Source: Puniceicoccales bacterium
GTDB lineage: Bacteria; Verrucomicrobiota; Verrucomicrobiia; Opitutales; JAIRLM01
Reading direction: 5' to 3'
Length of the DNA: 64,000 nt
Assembly (NCBI GenBank): GCA_031278455.1
Contig: JAITKJ010000026.1
Span: 503 to 64,502 of the forward strand
Shown here: one piece after another, positions 27,021 through 37,374 of the stretch
Layout of the letters: each line of letters begins with the position of its first letter
Position numbering within the stretch: the first letter of the stretch is position 1
Program-made: the position numbers and the translations under genes
Notes under the pieces: model-generated
What the model was told of the DNA's origin: nothing
The model's input: only the letters and a program-made list of their open reading frames with translations
The model's database searches: none

Positions 27021-27668
27021 TCACGCGACGGCATAGACGGCAAGACAGGTCCCGCGAACGGCAATCTTGGCGGTCTCAAAGCGGAATTCATTGGCCACGC
27101 TTTCTTGTTTGCCGATGCGAACTAAAAAGTTTCTCATCTCGTATTTTAAGCCATTAGAAGAAATAGTCGCCCGCGGCATACCAAAAAATCCGCAATAACT
27201 ACTGGCTGGGGCGATTAGTTCGCGTGTTTCGTTATGAAAGCATTCAATATATTGCACGCCATCGCAAATAACCAAGCGCCGGCCGCGTCTGATGTACTTT
27301 TTTAAAAAAAAAATATTTGCCAATGTATGGTCCATACGCCCGCCAAGGGCATTGAGAATGAGAATGTCAACGGCGCCGTGCGAAATGGTAAATTGAATAG
27401 CTTTTTCCAAATCCGTGTAATTTTGATCTTGACAATGCAAAATAGTGACACCTGAGCTTCCCCACCGCTCAAGCAAACGAGGATCTATGGAGTCAAAATC
27501 TCCCATGAGCATATTTGGCCGCAAAGAATTTTTTTCCCAAGCCAGCGCGGCGCCGTCTAAAATGACCGTTTGGCGGTCAACCATCCACCGGGATAAATCG
27601 CCCACATTCGACACCTTAGCTTCTCCGTTTGCCACGATAAGCCAACGGCCAAATTTTGCGCCGTCCAT
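27021..27668 (-). CDS. thiN: thiamine pyrophosphokinase
   Basis: LIVANGE..., LMGDFDSIDP, TDLEKAI, and a C-terminal thiamine-binding beta domain. Met at 27668 gives about 215 aa (the ORF extends to 27791). Confidence 0.7.
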   Translation of the reverse strand: MDGAKFGRWLIVANGEAKVSNVGDLSRWMVDRQTVILDGAALAWEKNSLRPNMLMGDFDSIDPRLLERWGSSGVTILHCQDQNYTDLEKAIQFTISHGAVDILILNALGGRMDHTLANIFFLKKYIRRGRRLVICDGVQYIECFHNETRELIAPASSYCGFFGMPRATISSNGLKYEMRNFLVRIGKQESVANEFRFETAKIAVRGTCLAVYAVA

Positions 27669-28169
27669 TGGGCGAAAAATGGCAACTATAAGAAACCATG
27701 CGAGGGAAAAATACCGGCCGGCATGTCGGAAATTTTTCGCACGCGAGAAAAACATGTCACTTTCGCCAGCATATCTTCCAAACCTTGACATTTTTTGGAG
27801 AAGCTCTGTGATGTATATTGCCTCTGGGTGATGACGAATTCTTCTAAATGTATTCTTCTCCTGACATTCTAATTCCGGGAATTCTCGTTCATATGGGGAT
27901 GGCGCGGATATATTTCGTACCCGATCCTGTGAAGGGTTTACCCACCTGCATAAAAAACAGGCACGAAATACAACCTGAAGAAACGCTCGCTCCGGAGGCC
28001 ATGATGGCGTGAGATTTGGCGATTTTTGCCGCGTTTATGTTGGATTCAGGTTTTCATTTGCCCGTATGCCGCTGCTGTATTGGCAAGATTTGTGTATGTT
28101 TCTGAAAAAATCTTGACAATTTTTTTAGCGAACTTTGTGCTCGGGGTTCTGGATTGGCTCCAGGGAAGC

Positions 28170-30035
28170 ATGACCATGGATACGGCTGTGATAGAATCGT
28201 TATTATCAAAAAATCCTCTCCTGCAAAGGTATCGCGATAAATTGGCAGTTCTACGCCCTGGGGCCTATTGTCATCACAAAACATTTGGGTATGGGCAGAT
28301 TTCCGCCTATGACGCAGACTCCGGGAAACTTGTTGTCGATTTTTTAGAAAAACCGGGCCATGCTATCGATTTGTTGTTTGCCTTGAAGCATTTAGAATTT
28401 ATTCCACCCGAACACCTTGTAGCCAGACATAAAGACGACGCCGAAGGGACCGAAAAACTGCTCAAAGATGATCCATTGGCGGCAATTGAAATTATTCTTA
28501 AAAACATGCCAGATCATCGCGCAACCCAGCTTGAGATTACCGAACTTCTTTCGGCCATCTGGGATAAAAAAGTTGTTCGCGCTTGGTGGGCGAAAGCTCG
28601 CAAGGACATCGGGCTTAGCGCAAAAATTGCGGCTCCGGACGTAAAAACTGGATATTATATCCTGAGAGATCAGCCATTGGAGCAACTGGATGAGGCCATT
28701 GATGGCGTGCTCATGTCTAAGCAATCAGCTCAAAAAATCATCTATGCCGAGCGATTACTCCGGGATGGAATGGGTTCTGGTCGCGCTGAGGATCTGCATT
28801 TGGTTGTAGAAGAGATGCAGCGCATTTCCGCCTCGTCGGCCGCACCAGTTTTAGATCGATTGATGGCCAACTGGATTTGCGAGGATTTATCATCTACTAT
28901 TCCCTCGAAGCAGCAGCATTCCATTGAAGTATTAAAAGAAGCGTTCAGCGACATGGGTGTTGTGCTAAAAGTTGCGGACATGCTGCCGGCGAATCGGATG
29001 GGACGATTTTTGAACACACTAGCAAACCTTCATCCAGAAAAATTTGACACCTTAGTTGGCCAAATAATCTGCAATGGCAGTCAACGGACCATAGGAAGTG
29101 CAATCAATGCACGTATTGCAAGCGGACAGGCGGAGGACCTACAACAAACGTTTGAAAGATGGCTGCGAGATAATTCATTTAAGATCAATTTACTGGAGTG
29201 GATGTTTCGCAATTATGCCAATGTCAAGTATGCGACCATACTAAAGGGCGGGATTACGGCCGCCCACTTACGGATGGCGTTGGTTTTGATCGATCAGGAG
29301 GCAATTCGCAGGCAGGCAAATCGAAAAATTGCACTGGCCGAACTTATCGCAAATGATAGAGAATTGGTGGAGATAGCCATTCGCGGCGAATCCACGGAAA
29401 TTGCTCGTGATCTTGTTCACATGATCATGCTGAGCCAAGGATTTGACCTTTTAACCAAACGATCCATCGTTGCCCGGTTCATGCGCGCTTTCCCAGACCT
29501 GAATGGGCTCTTGACGAGTGATGACAGCGGCACGACAAGCGAGAAGTATGCCGATGGCCCAAGCAACACTTTGTATGTTTCGCAAAAGAGTTTAAACGCC
29601 ATCCGCCGAGAGTATGAATCCATCGTAAACGAAAAAATCCCCGCCAACAAACGCGCTATTGCCATTGCCAGGGAAATGGGGGACTTGCGCGAAAATTCCG
29701 AATATAAAATGGCACGACAAGACCAGGGAGTGTTAATGGCCCGGAAAACGCAAATTGAAAAAGATTTGGCGCGCGTGCAAGTGCTTGACCTGCAAAACGT
29801 TTCCATTGATAGCGTTTCTATTGGGACGGTTGTAACGCTTGGAAATGATGATGGAAAAATTCAAAAGTTTGCAATTCTTGGGGCTTGGGATAGCGATCCG
29901 CAGCGCGCGATCATTGCCTACCGAACCCCAATTGGCGCGGCGTTGCTTGGAAAAAAAGTCGGAGATGCTATCCAGCTGGATGGGCAGACGGAACAAAAAG
30001 TCATTGCAATTGAGCGCTGGATGGAACATGCCTAA
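28170..30035 (+). CDS. greA: transcription elongation factor GreA with long N-terminal extension
   Basis: The C-terminal 150 aa are canonical GreA: ARE(M)GDLRENSEYKMARQDQ, then IGTVVTLGNDDG...YRTPIGAALLGKKVGD. They are preceded by about 470 aa of extra sequence. The start was chosen at MTMDTAV (the ORF opens at 28026). Confidence 0.8.
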   Translation: MTMDTAVIESLLSKNPLLQRYRDKLAVLRPGAYCHHKTFGYGQISAYDADSGKLVVDFLEKPGHAIDLLFALKHLEFIPPEHLVARHKDDAEGTEKLLKDDPLAAIEIILKNMPDHRATQLEITELLSAIWDKKVVRAWWAKARKDIGLSAKIAAPDVKTGYYILRDQPLEQLDEAIDGVLMSKQSAQKIIYAERLLRDGMGSGRAEDLHLVVEEMQRISASSAAPVLDRLMANWICEDLSSTIPSKQQHSIEVLKEAFSDMGVVLKVADMLPANRMGRFLNTLANLHPEKFDTLVGQIICNGSQRTIGSAINARIASGQAEDLQQTFERWLRDNSFKINLLEWMFRNYANVKYATILKGGITAAHLRMALVLIDQEAIRRQANRKIALAELIANDRELVEIAIRGESTEIARDLVHMIMLSQGFDLLTKRSIVARFMRAFPDLNGLLTSDDSGTTSEKYADGPSNTLYVSQKSLNAIRREYESIVNEKIPANKRAIAIAREMGDLRENSEYKMARQDQGVLMARKTQIEKDLARVQVLDLQNVSIDSVSIGTVVTLGNDDGKIQKFAILGAWDSDPQRAIIAYRTPIGAALLGKKVGDAIQLDGQTEQKVIAIERWMEHA

Positions 30036-30047
30036 AATCTTGTTCCG

Positions 30048-30863
30048 ATGGGAAGTCGAATTCTTGGGTCATTTTGTTTGCTGTTACCGGTTGCCGTAGT
30101 TTTTATTATCTTCGGCGACTCGGCTGTCGTGCTGCTGGTGACGGGTTTTTCTATTTTGTCACAGAGGGAATTTGTCCGACTCATGCGCAGGGCAGGCGTT
30201 GATGTCTTTTCTAACCAAGTATTTTTCTGGACTACGCTCATTCCGATTGGGGCGTGGTACATGCCATTGATTTGTGGCGGCGGGTACCTAACTCTCATTT
30301 CTGGCATCTTTCTAACATCCTGTGCTGTCCTAAGCGGTGATTTGCGGCGAGTCACTTTAGTGCTGCCGGCGTCGCTGGCTGCAATTATTTGTGTCCCGTT
30401 TACATTTCAATTTGCAATCGTACTCGTGCGCAGTGCGCCGTCACTTTCCGTCGGAGTTGCAATTCTCTCCTGGGTCGTAGTTGTTTGTAAGCTAAGTGAT
30501 GTTGGAGCGCTATTATGTGGAACTTTTTTAGGTCGGCACCAGCTAGCGCCACAATTTAGTCCGCATAAAACATTGGAGGGATTTTTTGGTGGATTGGGTA
30601 TGGCTCTTTTAGCTGGCTATTGGTTGGGGGCCTGGGTGCCAGTCGACTTTTCGGTTCGCACGAGAATTTCACTTTCATTTCTTCTTGCGCTTCTTTCTAC
30701 TACATCAGATCTACTCGAATCTGCCATAAAACGGTGGGCTGGAGTGAAAGATTCCGGCAGATGCATTCCTGGTATCGGCGGTTGCCTCGATCTATGCGAC
30801 AGTTTTACGTTTTCCATGCCCGGGGCATACCTCTTTCTCGTATTTACGCATTTTTACCACTAG
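30048..30863 (+). CDS. cdsA: phosphatidate cytidylyltransferase
   Basis: Polytopic protein with the CdsA signature SDVGALLCGTFLGRHQLAPQFSPHKTLEGFFGG. Confidence 0.85.
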   Translation: MGSRILGSFCLLLPVAVVFIIFGDSAVVLLVTGFSILSQREFVRLMRRAGVDVFSNQVFFWTTLIPIGAWYMPLICGGGYLTLISGIFLTSCAVLSGDLRRVTLVLPASLAAIICVPFTFQFAIVLVRSAPSLSVGVAILSWVVVVCKLSDVGALLCGTFLGRHQLAPQFSPHKTLEGFFGGLGMALLAGYWLGAWVPVDFSVRTRISLSFLLALLSTTSDLLESAIKRWAGVKDSGRCIPGIGGCLDLCDSFTFSMPGAYLFLVFTHFYH

Positions 30864-30993
30864 CGCACATAATGAAACAGCAGGAATAAGGCAGTGCGCG
30901 ATGCAAAACTCACAAAGTTCGCATGGCAATAGCCGTATGTAATTTAGATGCAAAATTCTCGATTTAGCAGCATGGCTAGATTTTTCTCGACAC

Positions 30994-31716
30994 TTAGAAT
31001 TTGAAATTTTCTCCCAAGTAAAATTTTTGACTGAGTGGGTTTTTGGCTAGAAAATCGCTAGGTCCTTCCACGAGGACTTTTCCTCCATGGATGAGGTAAG
31101 CGCGGTCAACTACGGCAAGCATTTCACGCACATTGTGATCGGTAATGAGGATCCCGATATTCCGATCCCGGAGTTGCCGAATAATCTGTTGAATTTCCTG
31201 CACATTGATAGGATCCACTCCGCTGAATGGTTCGTCGAAAAGCAAAAATTTTGGTTCGCAGAGTAGCGTGCGGGCAATTTCCAAGCGTCGCCGCTCTCCC
31301 CCACTTAGCGTTGTAGCCTGTTGCGACAATAATGCTGACAGTTTCAACTCTTCGATGACGCGTTCAGTGCGATGCTCCCGTTCCGCCTGCGAAATTTTCA
31401 AAATTTCAGCAATGGCTAGGAGATTATCTCTCACCGTTAAATTGCGAAAAATTGACGCTTCTTGCGGGAGATAGCCAATTCCAGCTCGTGCGCGACCGTG
31501 CACTGGTATCCGAGATAGATTAATTTCGTCGAGAAAGATTTGTCCGCTAGAGATTGGAATAAGTCCAACTATTATATGGAAAGTGGTGGTTTTCCCTGCG
31601 CCATTTGGGCCAAGAAGCCCTACTACTTCACCTGAATGGACGGCCAGCGAAATCTCACAAACCACCATTTTTTTCTCATAACATTTGCAAAGTTTTTCCG
31701 CGCGCAGAGATGACAT
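30994..31716 (-). CDS. lptB: LPS export ABC transporter ATP-binding protein
   Basis: GLLGPNGAGKTTTF, YLPQEASIFRNLTVRDNL, LSGGERRRLEIAR, LLFDEPFSGVDP. 240 aa. Confidence 0.85.
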   Translation of the reverse strand: MSSLRAEKLCKCYEKKMVVCEISLAVHSGEVVGLLGPNGAGKTTTFHIIVGLIPISSGQIFLDEINLSRIPVHGRARAGIGYLPQEASIFRNLTVRDNLLAIAEILKISQAEREHRTERVIEELKLSALLSQQATTLSGGERRRLEIARTLLCEPKFLLFDEPFSGVDPINVQEIQQIIRQLRDRNIGILITDHNVREMLAVVDRAYLIHGGKVLVEGPSDFLAKNPLSQKFYLGENFKF

Positions 31717-31832
31717 AGTCTTTCACTAGTGTCTACCCAAACTGTTAAACCTAGCAAGAAATATGCTTGTAGCCAGGAATCAACATGCCGGCGGAGATAA
31801 TTGATTTTGCGCTAAACATTACACACAACTCA

Positions 31833-32888
31833 TTAAGCGATAAACTGGGCGTTTGCGAATATTTCGTGCAAAATTTCCGCACGAATAAAGTCTTCCTGTC
31901 CATCGGAAATGGCATACGCTGCCTTCAGGTGAGCTGGACGCAAACTAATAAGAAGTGCATCGATTTTGTGGCGAAATTGCGGGGGGAGCCATTGCAAATC
32001 TGTTGCCATGCGCATTTGCATCAAAAGCACCTGTGCCTCTCTCAGGTCAATGATTGTAGCATTCTTCAAAACCGCGAGCACACGGTAAAAACGATCGCGC
32101 AACCGAGCTTCCGTGCGTTCCAGAAAAGCTTTGCGTGCATTTTTTTCGCTTTCCATAATCATTTCGGCAAAACTGTTCAGCCGGGTAAGTATGGCAATTT
32201 CGTCACCTTCGAAGCCCGGTCGATTTGAAATAAAGAATAGATCCTCATCCGTTGAGGATTCGCGTCCGTTAAATCCAATGATATTACAGCCGATGGCGCG
32301 TGCGGCAAGGGCGATGGGCGCAATTTTTTCGCCCCAAACGAGCGCCGGGATATGTACACAAACACACGCCGAGAGTCCTATCCCGGTACGAATTGGCTTG
32401 GTTGTTAGATATCCCAATTGTCCGTCAAAGGCGTAAACGAGATGTCGAGAAAGAGTATCATCAACGTTATTTACACGTTCATAGGCCGACATTAAATTTA
32501 GCCCGCCCAACAACGCACGGATGCCGATATGATCTTCTTCGTTCGTGGTTATAGTTATATCGCAGTTCCCCGAGATGGATACGGAGCCAATTTCTTGCCG
32601 CTCCCAACGCTTTGACGCCCATCTCCGCTCGACACAAAAGCGTTTATCGGATTGATCCAAGTCATCAATGGCTAGGGTTGAAAAATCGCAAAGATCTTTG
32701 GCGACAACGCCAGTAATGGCCTCATTAGCAGCTCGGAGTGCATCCTTTGGAGCGGAAATTGGAAATGGAAATTCATTGAGATTGCGAATCAGTCGTATTT
32801 GAGAATACAAAACGATCGGCATCCCGTCACTGGACATGTGCATAATTGGGCCGAAAACCTTCGATAAATGATTCAAATACGAATGCAT
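31833..32888 (-). CDS. mcsB: protein arginine kinase (ATP:guanido phosphotransferase, McsB-type)
   Basis: IRLIRNLNEFPFP, NEEDHIGIRAL, GYLTTKPIRTGIGLSACVCVHIPAL. The continuous ORF extends to 33245. I place the start at Met 32888, which gives the usual length of about 350 aa. Confidence 0.75.
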   Translation of the reverse strand: MHSYLNHLSKVFGPIMHMSSDGMPIVLYSQIRLIRNLNEFPFPISAPKDALRAANEAITGVVAKDLCDFSTLAIDDLDQSDKRFCVERRWASKRWERQEIGSVSISGNCDITITTNEEDHIGIRALLGGLNLMSAYERVNNVDDTLSRHLVYAFDGQLGYLTTKPIRTGIGLSACVCVHIPALVWGEKIAPIALAARAIGCNIIGFNGRESSTDEDLFFISNRPGFEGDEIAILTRLNSFAEMIMESEKNARKAFLERTEARLRDRFYRVLAVLKNATIIDLREAQVLLMQMRMATDLQWLPPQFRHKIDALLISLRPAHLKAAYAISDGQEDFIRAEILHEIFANAQFIA

Positions 32889-33216
32889 GCGCCTATATTC
32901 CGATAATTTTTCCAAATTGAGCAACCTGAATCCCGTTCCTTTGGAGATTTTACGTACAAGACGGCAATTAAAACATCCCAGCATCAACGAGGCGGGAATC
33001 GTTGAAAGGCCACGACATATTGCGAATCTTTCGCAAAAACGGCCATAAATTCTGATGGCAACCCCAATTATTCTGCGAAATCCATAGCCAAGAAGCATGA
33101 CAATCATGTTTGCCCTGGCCATGTTTCCCGTGGTGTTATTTTTGGCGGCATTAGTAGCGGCACTTTTGGCAATTTTAATTGCGCCCAAGTAATCTGCCAA
33201 AAAACCTTTGCCTAAC

Positions 33217-34123
33217 TTAAATCTGAATTTTTTCTGCTGAACCATCCTGATGTTTCTTTATTTCCGCTGCAATCCTTGGAATCACAACATCACGGATCAG
33301 TTTAGCGTCTTCTGTGATGCTAGCGAAATTATACATATTAACCGGCGTGTTCAACACAGCGCAGTTAGCATTCACGGCTTCTTCCGGCACACACTATGCA
33401 TTTTGCCGCTTCAACAAGCCTGCAGAGACGCGCAAACCATAAATTGCATTCCATTTTTGCGGCATTCAATTTATCTTTTTGGATATCTATCATTTTTGAG
33501 CTTCCAACTTTGCCATATAGAGTGAATCGCTGCTGGCGATGATCTCATCTACAGTAGCTCGCCTCTTTAGGCAACTTAACGGCCGCTGTGGCAATAACCT
33601 CATATATCGTAGCTTCGCCAACAATCCGTCTCAATTTCGACATCCTTCTTTGTGCGTCATCGATTATCGCTTGCTTCAGCTTGATAAGTACACTATTTAC
33701 TTCTTGTGCGAGTTTTGCGATTGATCAATCACAAGTTATAACGCCTTCGTCTTTCAGCGCTTGAGCGGCATCCATAAAATTCACTTGCAAGCCTGGCTCT
33801 TTTGCTTTGTGGCGACAATTGAATACATGCAAAGCTAGACTGGGATATATCACTTCATCAACGGTCAAGCTTATGTTAATTGCCTGTATTAGCTCCAGCA
33901 ATGTGTAGTATGCTTGATTTATTTTCTTGGTGTTTTTCACTTCGTCCCGATTGGCTATATTAACCTTGTTGCCATGCAGCGCTCAAATAGTATCCACATA
34001 TCGCTTAAGGCCTATTTCGCTTGTTTTCTCCGCGAAGAAGTCAAACTTATCACGCGCGGCTTTATTTTCTTCTTTTGCAAAAATGCGCTGCAGAAATGCG
34101 ATTTCTGTGTCAACAGCATCCAT
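33217..34123 (-). pseudogene. decayed gene of unknown function (in-frame TGA stops plus one frameshift)
   Basis: The minus-strand frame from ATG 34123 to TAA 33365..33367 is free of TAA/TAG. It carries TGA at 33983..33985, 33725..33727 and 33545..33547. A 58-codon tail continues in another frame to TAA 33217..33219. The region looks AT-richer than its flanks. Confidence 0.55.
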
Positions 34124-34483
34124 TCAAAAATTACCCAACTTGCTCTGCTTTCGCCGCCAGTAAAAGTTCTTGGCATGTCTGTGATGCGTATGTTATTTTG
34201 CGTTGACGCGCCACTATTTATTTGCTTGTTTATCTGCGCAAAAAATGTTCGAATGTCAAGATTAATCGTATAACGAAACAGATGGCCGCTGACCAAGTTT
34301 ATGGCGCGCAGCAAGGCGAAATGACTGCATTAAAAACGATAAATTAAAGGTCTAGCCTATAGCCAATGCCCTGTAACGGGTAGGGCGTACATCCTATGGC
34401 CTTGCCTCCTATCCCTGCCAGAAATTCGTGATGTCGAAAAATCTTGCCAAGGTACTTTAAACCAACAATAGATCAGAAATGTT

Positions 34484-34570
34484 GCCTGGGTGGCGGAATT
34501 GGCAGACGCGTCGGACTCAAAATCCGATTCCTTCACGGGAGTGAGGGTTCGACCCCCTCTCCGGGCACCA
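34484..34570 (+). tRNA. tRNA-Leu (anticodon CAA)
   Basis: GCCTGGGTGGCGGAATTGGCAGACGCGTCGGACTCAAAATCCGATTCCTTCACGGGAGTGAGGGTTCGACCCCCTCTCCGGGCACCA. Anticodon stem TCGGA/TCCGA with loop CTCAAAA, long variable arm, T-loop GGTTCGACC, encoded CCA. Confidence 0.9.
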
Positions 34571-34767
34571 AACCCACAAAAATCGATCATTGCAAGTGTT
34601 TCTTAATACGAGTTTCGATACAATGATAATACTATTTGCCAATTTTTTTTAAGCCAGGCAGACACATATCCCCTGTGTGCGGCTTACTAAAGGTGCCGCC
34701 GCTTTCACTAGCATGTAAACGCAGTGAATCTCTTGCAACAGTAAAAATCATGACTTTCGAGCGTGCG

Positions 34768-34811
34768 CTCCATACGGCAGAAAATGGGTTAAAGTCTACT
34801 TTTGCCAAAAG
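34768..34811 (+). repeat. diverged copy of the dispersed repeat seen at 45043 and 45856
   Basis: CTCCATACGGCAGAAAATGGGTTAAAGTCTACTTTTGCCAAAAG shares ATACGGCA, AAAATGG and the CTTT.GC.AA.AA tail, in the same order, with the 52-mer. Confidence 0.35.
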
Positions 34812-35493
34812 TCAAATACAGCCAACCGATCCACCTCCCCTTGCGGGGCGTGCCGTGATTTTGCTGGCTATAGCGAATCGAAAATGCTGATCGGTAAGAC
34901 AAGATCTCAAGTTTCTCCGCGACCTAACACTGTTTTCAATTTTGCACAACTTTTCCTTTGGCGCCAATACAAATTTGCGCGCCAGCCAATATACAAACAG
35001 CATAAATTTATGCAATCCAAACACCGCATTAGTGCGCCTAAAACACAGTGAGGCCTGATGATTTTTGATGCGGGCGGAAATTGTTTTTGTTGCATCGTAG
35101 GGGATGTCTAGAACTGCTGGATATTGGCGCGATAGCTGATGCTGGTGTCGGACTTTTGCGGAAAGTGAACATAAGCGATATGTATTAATGCGCGTCGTGG
35201 GGTTTCTATGAAAATTTTGCTGTGTGCGTGCGGTTTGTAAAACTAATTCCTATAATAATTTTCGATTCAAATTCCCATATTTAATATGGGCATGCCGATG
35301 ACGATTGTCGTCTATGCCGCATCCAAAGACTGAAAGCGCAATGTCTATTATGACTAACTAGCCACCGATGGACATTTTAAAATCAAAATTTCGCAAATTG
35401 TATTTTTATAAACACATTTACACTCGTCGTTTTGCTCATCTCCGCAAAGCAATATCATTTCATTTAGTTTATAATGAAAACAAAAGTTTGCCA

Positions 35494-37374
35494 TCAGGTA
35501 CACTTGGGCCTGTCCATTCGGCCAGTGCTTATGGCAACCAAGACCAGTTGCACATCGGCACTACTGATTCCACTAATGCGACCCGCCTGGCCGAGACTTT
35601 CCGGTCGAATGGCTTTTAATTTTTGCCGACTTTCATTGCGCAAGCTTGGAACCATGTCGTAGTTGAAATCTTTTGGAATGGGCGCATCTTCCATTTCCCG
35701 AAGTTTTTCGATCTGACGCAATTCCCGGGATAGATAGCCGGCGTAGGAAATACGGTAGAGAATTTCCCGCCGAACCGCATCATCGGCCGGTGGAAGATTT
35801 TCCCAGAGCATGTTGGCTGCGTCCTCGCCACTGCGAATGGCGTCTCCGATGGTTTGGTCTTCGTGAAAAACAAGCGATTCGCCAAGGGTCACCCCGCGTT
35901 CTATGGTCGCTTTTTTTTCTAAAATGGCCAGTTCCCGGTCCGGTGGAAGCACCCCATGGTATTGGGCTTCGCCAATGAGCCTCACCTCGGCGCTACCCAT
36001 GTTGAGCAGCAGGCGAAACTCCGCGCGACTGGTGAACATTCGATAAGGTTCCTCCGCGCCTTTGGTTACCAGGTCGTCGATGAGCACGCCAACGTATGCT
36101 TCGTGCCGTTTGAGCACAAGAGGTTTCCGGCCAAGGACCTTTGCCACGGCATTGATCCCGGCGACGACACCCTGGGCTGCCGCTTCCTCATAGCCGGAGG
36201 TGCCATTGATCTGTCCGGCAAAAAATAACCCCTCAATGACTTTGGATTCCAAGGATGGGCGCAGTTGGGTTGGAGGAACATAATCGTACTCCACGGCGTA
36301 GGCAGGACGTAGGATGTGGGCATTTTCCAGCCCTGGAATGGTTGCCAGAATTTGCCGCTGCATCTGCATGGGAAAACTGGTGGAGAGGCCGTTGATATAC
36401 CACTCGTCACCCCACATGGCCTCCGGTTCTAGGAACAACCGATGGGTCTCGTGGTCGGGGAATTTTTTGTATTTGTCCTCAATGCTGGGGCAATAACGGG
36501 GTCCCTGGCCGGTAATTTCTCCGGAGTAAAGCGGGGAAAGGTGCAGATTTTCCTGAACCACCGCCCGCGTATGTGCCGTTGTGTGGGCGATGAAACAGGA
36601 ACGCTGGTCCGCCGGCGAGTGAAGAAGGGGAAGAAATGGAAAATCCGCCGCCTGGTCATTGGTACGCGTATCGCGAAAGGCAAAATGGGCCAATTCTCCG
36701 TCACCCCTCTGCTCTTCCATTGTTGAAAAATCCATGGAGGAGCCAAGAATTCGTGGTGGCGTCCCGGTTTTCATGCGCCCCGTTTTGATGCCGAGCCGAT
36801 TGATGGAGCCGGTTAGTCCATCCGCGGAAAAATCTCCCATTCGGCCTCCGTGGAGTTTTTTCGGGCCGATGTGCATTTTCCCCCGGAGAAAGGTTCCCGT
36901 CGTCAAAATAATGGCAGGGGCGTAAAATTCCTCTCCGGTGTTGGTGCGGATGCCGCTGATTCGGTCTCCTTCGATTAAAAGTTCTTCGGCTACGCCTTGG
37001 GTAATGGACAAATGGGGCAATTTTTCCAACTGATACTTAAGCCGTTGTGCATAGAGTCGCTTATCGCACTGCACGCGAAGGCCTTGGACGGCAGCCCCCT
37101 TGGATCGGTTGAGCATCCGCACCTGTATGGCCGTAGCGTCGGCATTTTCGCCCATCAATCCGCCAAGGGCATCGATTTCGCAAACCATATGTCCCTTGGC
37201 CAGGCCGCCGATGGCCGGGTTGCAGCTCATGTGGCCGATGGTGTCCAAATTTCCCGTGAGCAGGAGCGTGCGGACGTCACATCTGGACCCGGCGGCAGCG
37301 GCTTCGCACCCGGCATGCCCGGCTCCGCAGACGATGACGTCGTAAACATTAGACGACTTCCTCATTTGGTCCAT
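35494..37374 (-). CDS. mnmG: tRNA uridine 5-carboxymethylaminomethyl modification enzyme MnmG
   Basis: [19 protein letters not shown] motif, [31 protein letters not shown]-terminal ISGISSADV. Confidence 0.95.
   Translation of the reverse strand: MDQMRKSSNVYDVIVCGAGHAGCEAAAAGSRCDVRTLLLTGNLDTIGHMSCNPAIGGLAKGHMVCEIDALGGLMGENADATAIQVRMLNRSKGAAVQGLRVQCDKRLYAQRLKYQLEKLPHLSITQGVAEELLIEGDRISGIRTNTGEEFYAPAIILTTGTFLRGKMHIGPKKLHGGRMGDFSADGLTGSINRLGIKTGRMKTGTPPRILGSSMDFSTMEEQRGDGELAHFAFRDTRTNDQAADFPFLPLLHSPADQRSCFIAHTTAHTRAVVQENLHLSPLYSGEITGQGPRYCPSIEDKYKKFPDHETHRLFLEPEAMWGDEWYINGLSTSFPMQMQRQILATIPGLENAHILRPAYAVEYDYVPPTQLRPSLESKVIEGLFFAGQINGTSGYEEAAAQGVVAGINAVAKVLGRKPLVLKRHEAYVGVLIDDLVTKGAEEPYRMFTSRAEFRLLLNMGSAEVRLIGEAQYHGVLPPDRELAILEKKATIERGVTLGESLVFHEDQTIGDAIRSGEDAANMLWENLPPADDAVRREILYRISYAGYLSRELRQIEKLREMEDAPIPKDFNYDMVPSLRNESRQKLKAIRPESLGQAGRISGISSADVQLVLVAISTGRMDRPKCT

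Noticed and set aside
33217-34195. Genome-wide TGA reassignment as the explanation for the in-frame TGAs
   Set aside because: def, thiN, the BatD-like gene and ileS in this same window end at TGA at positions that fit their families. The locus also needs a frameshift. Local decay is more parsimonious (kept as a finding, with recoding as the minor hypothesis).
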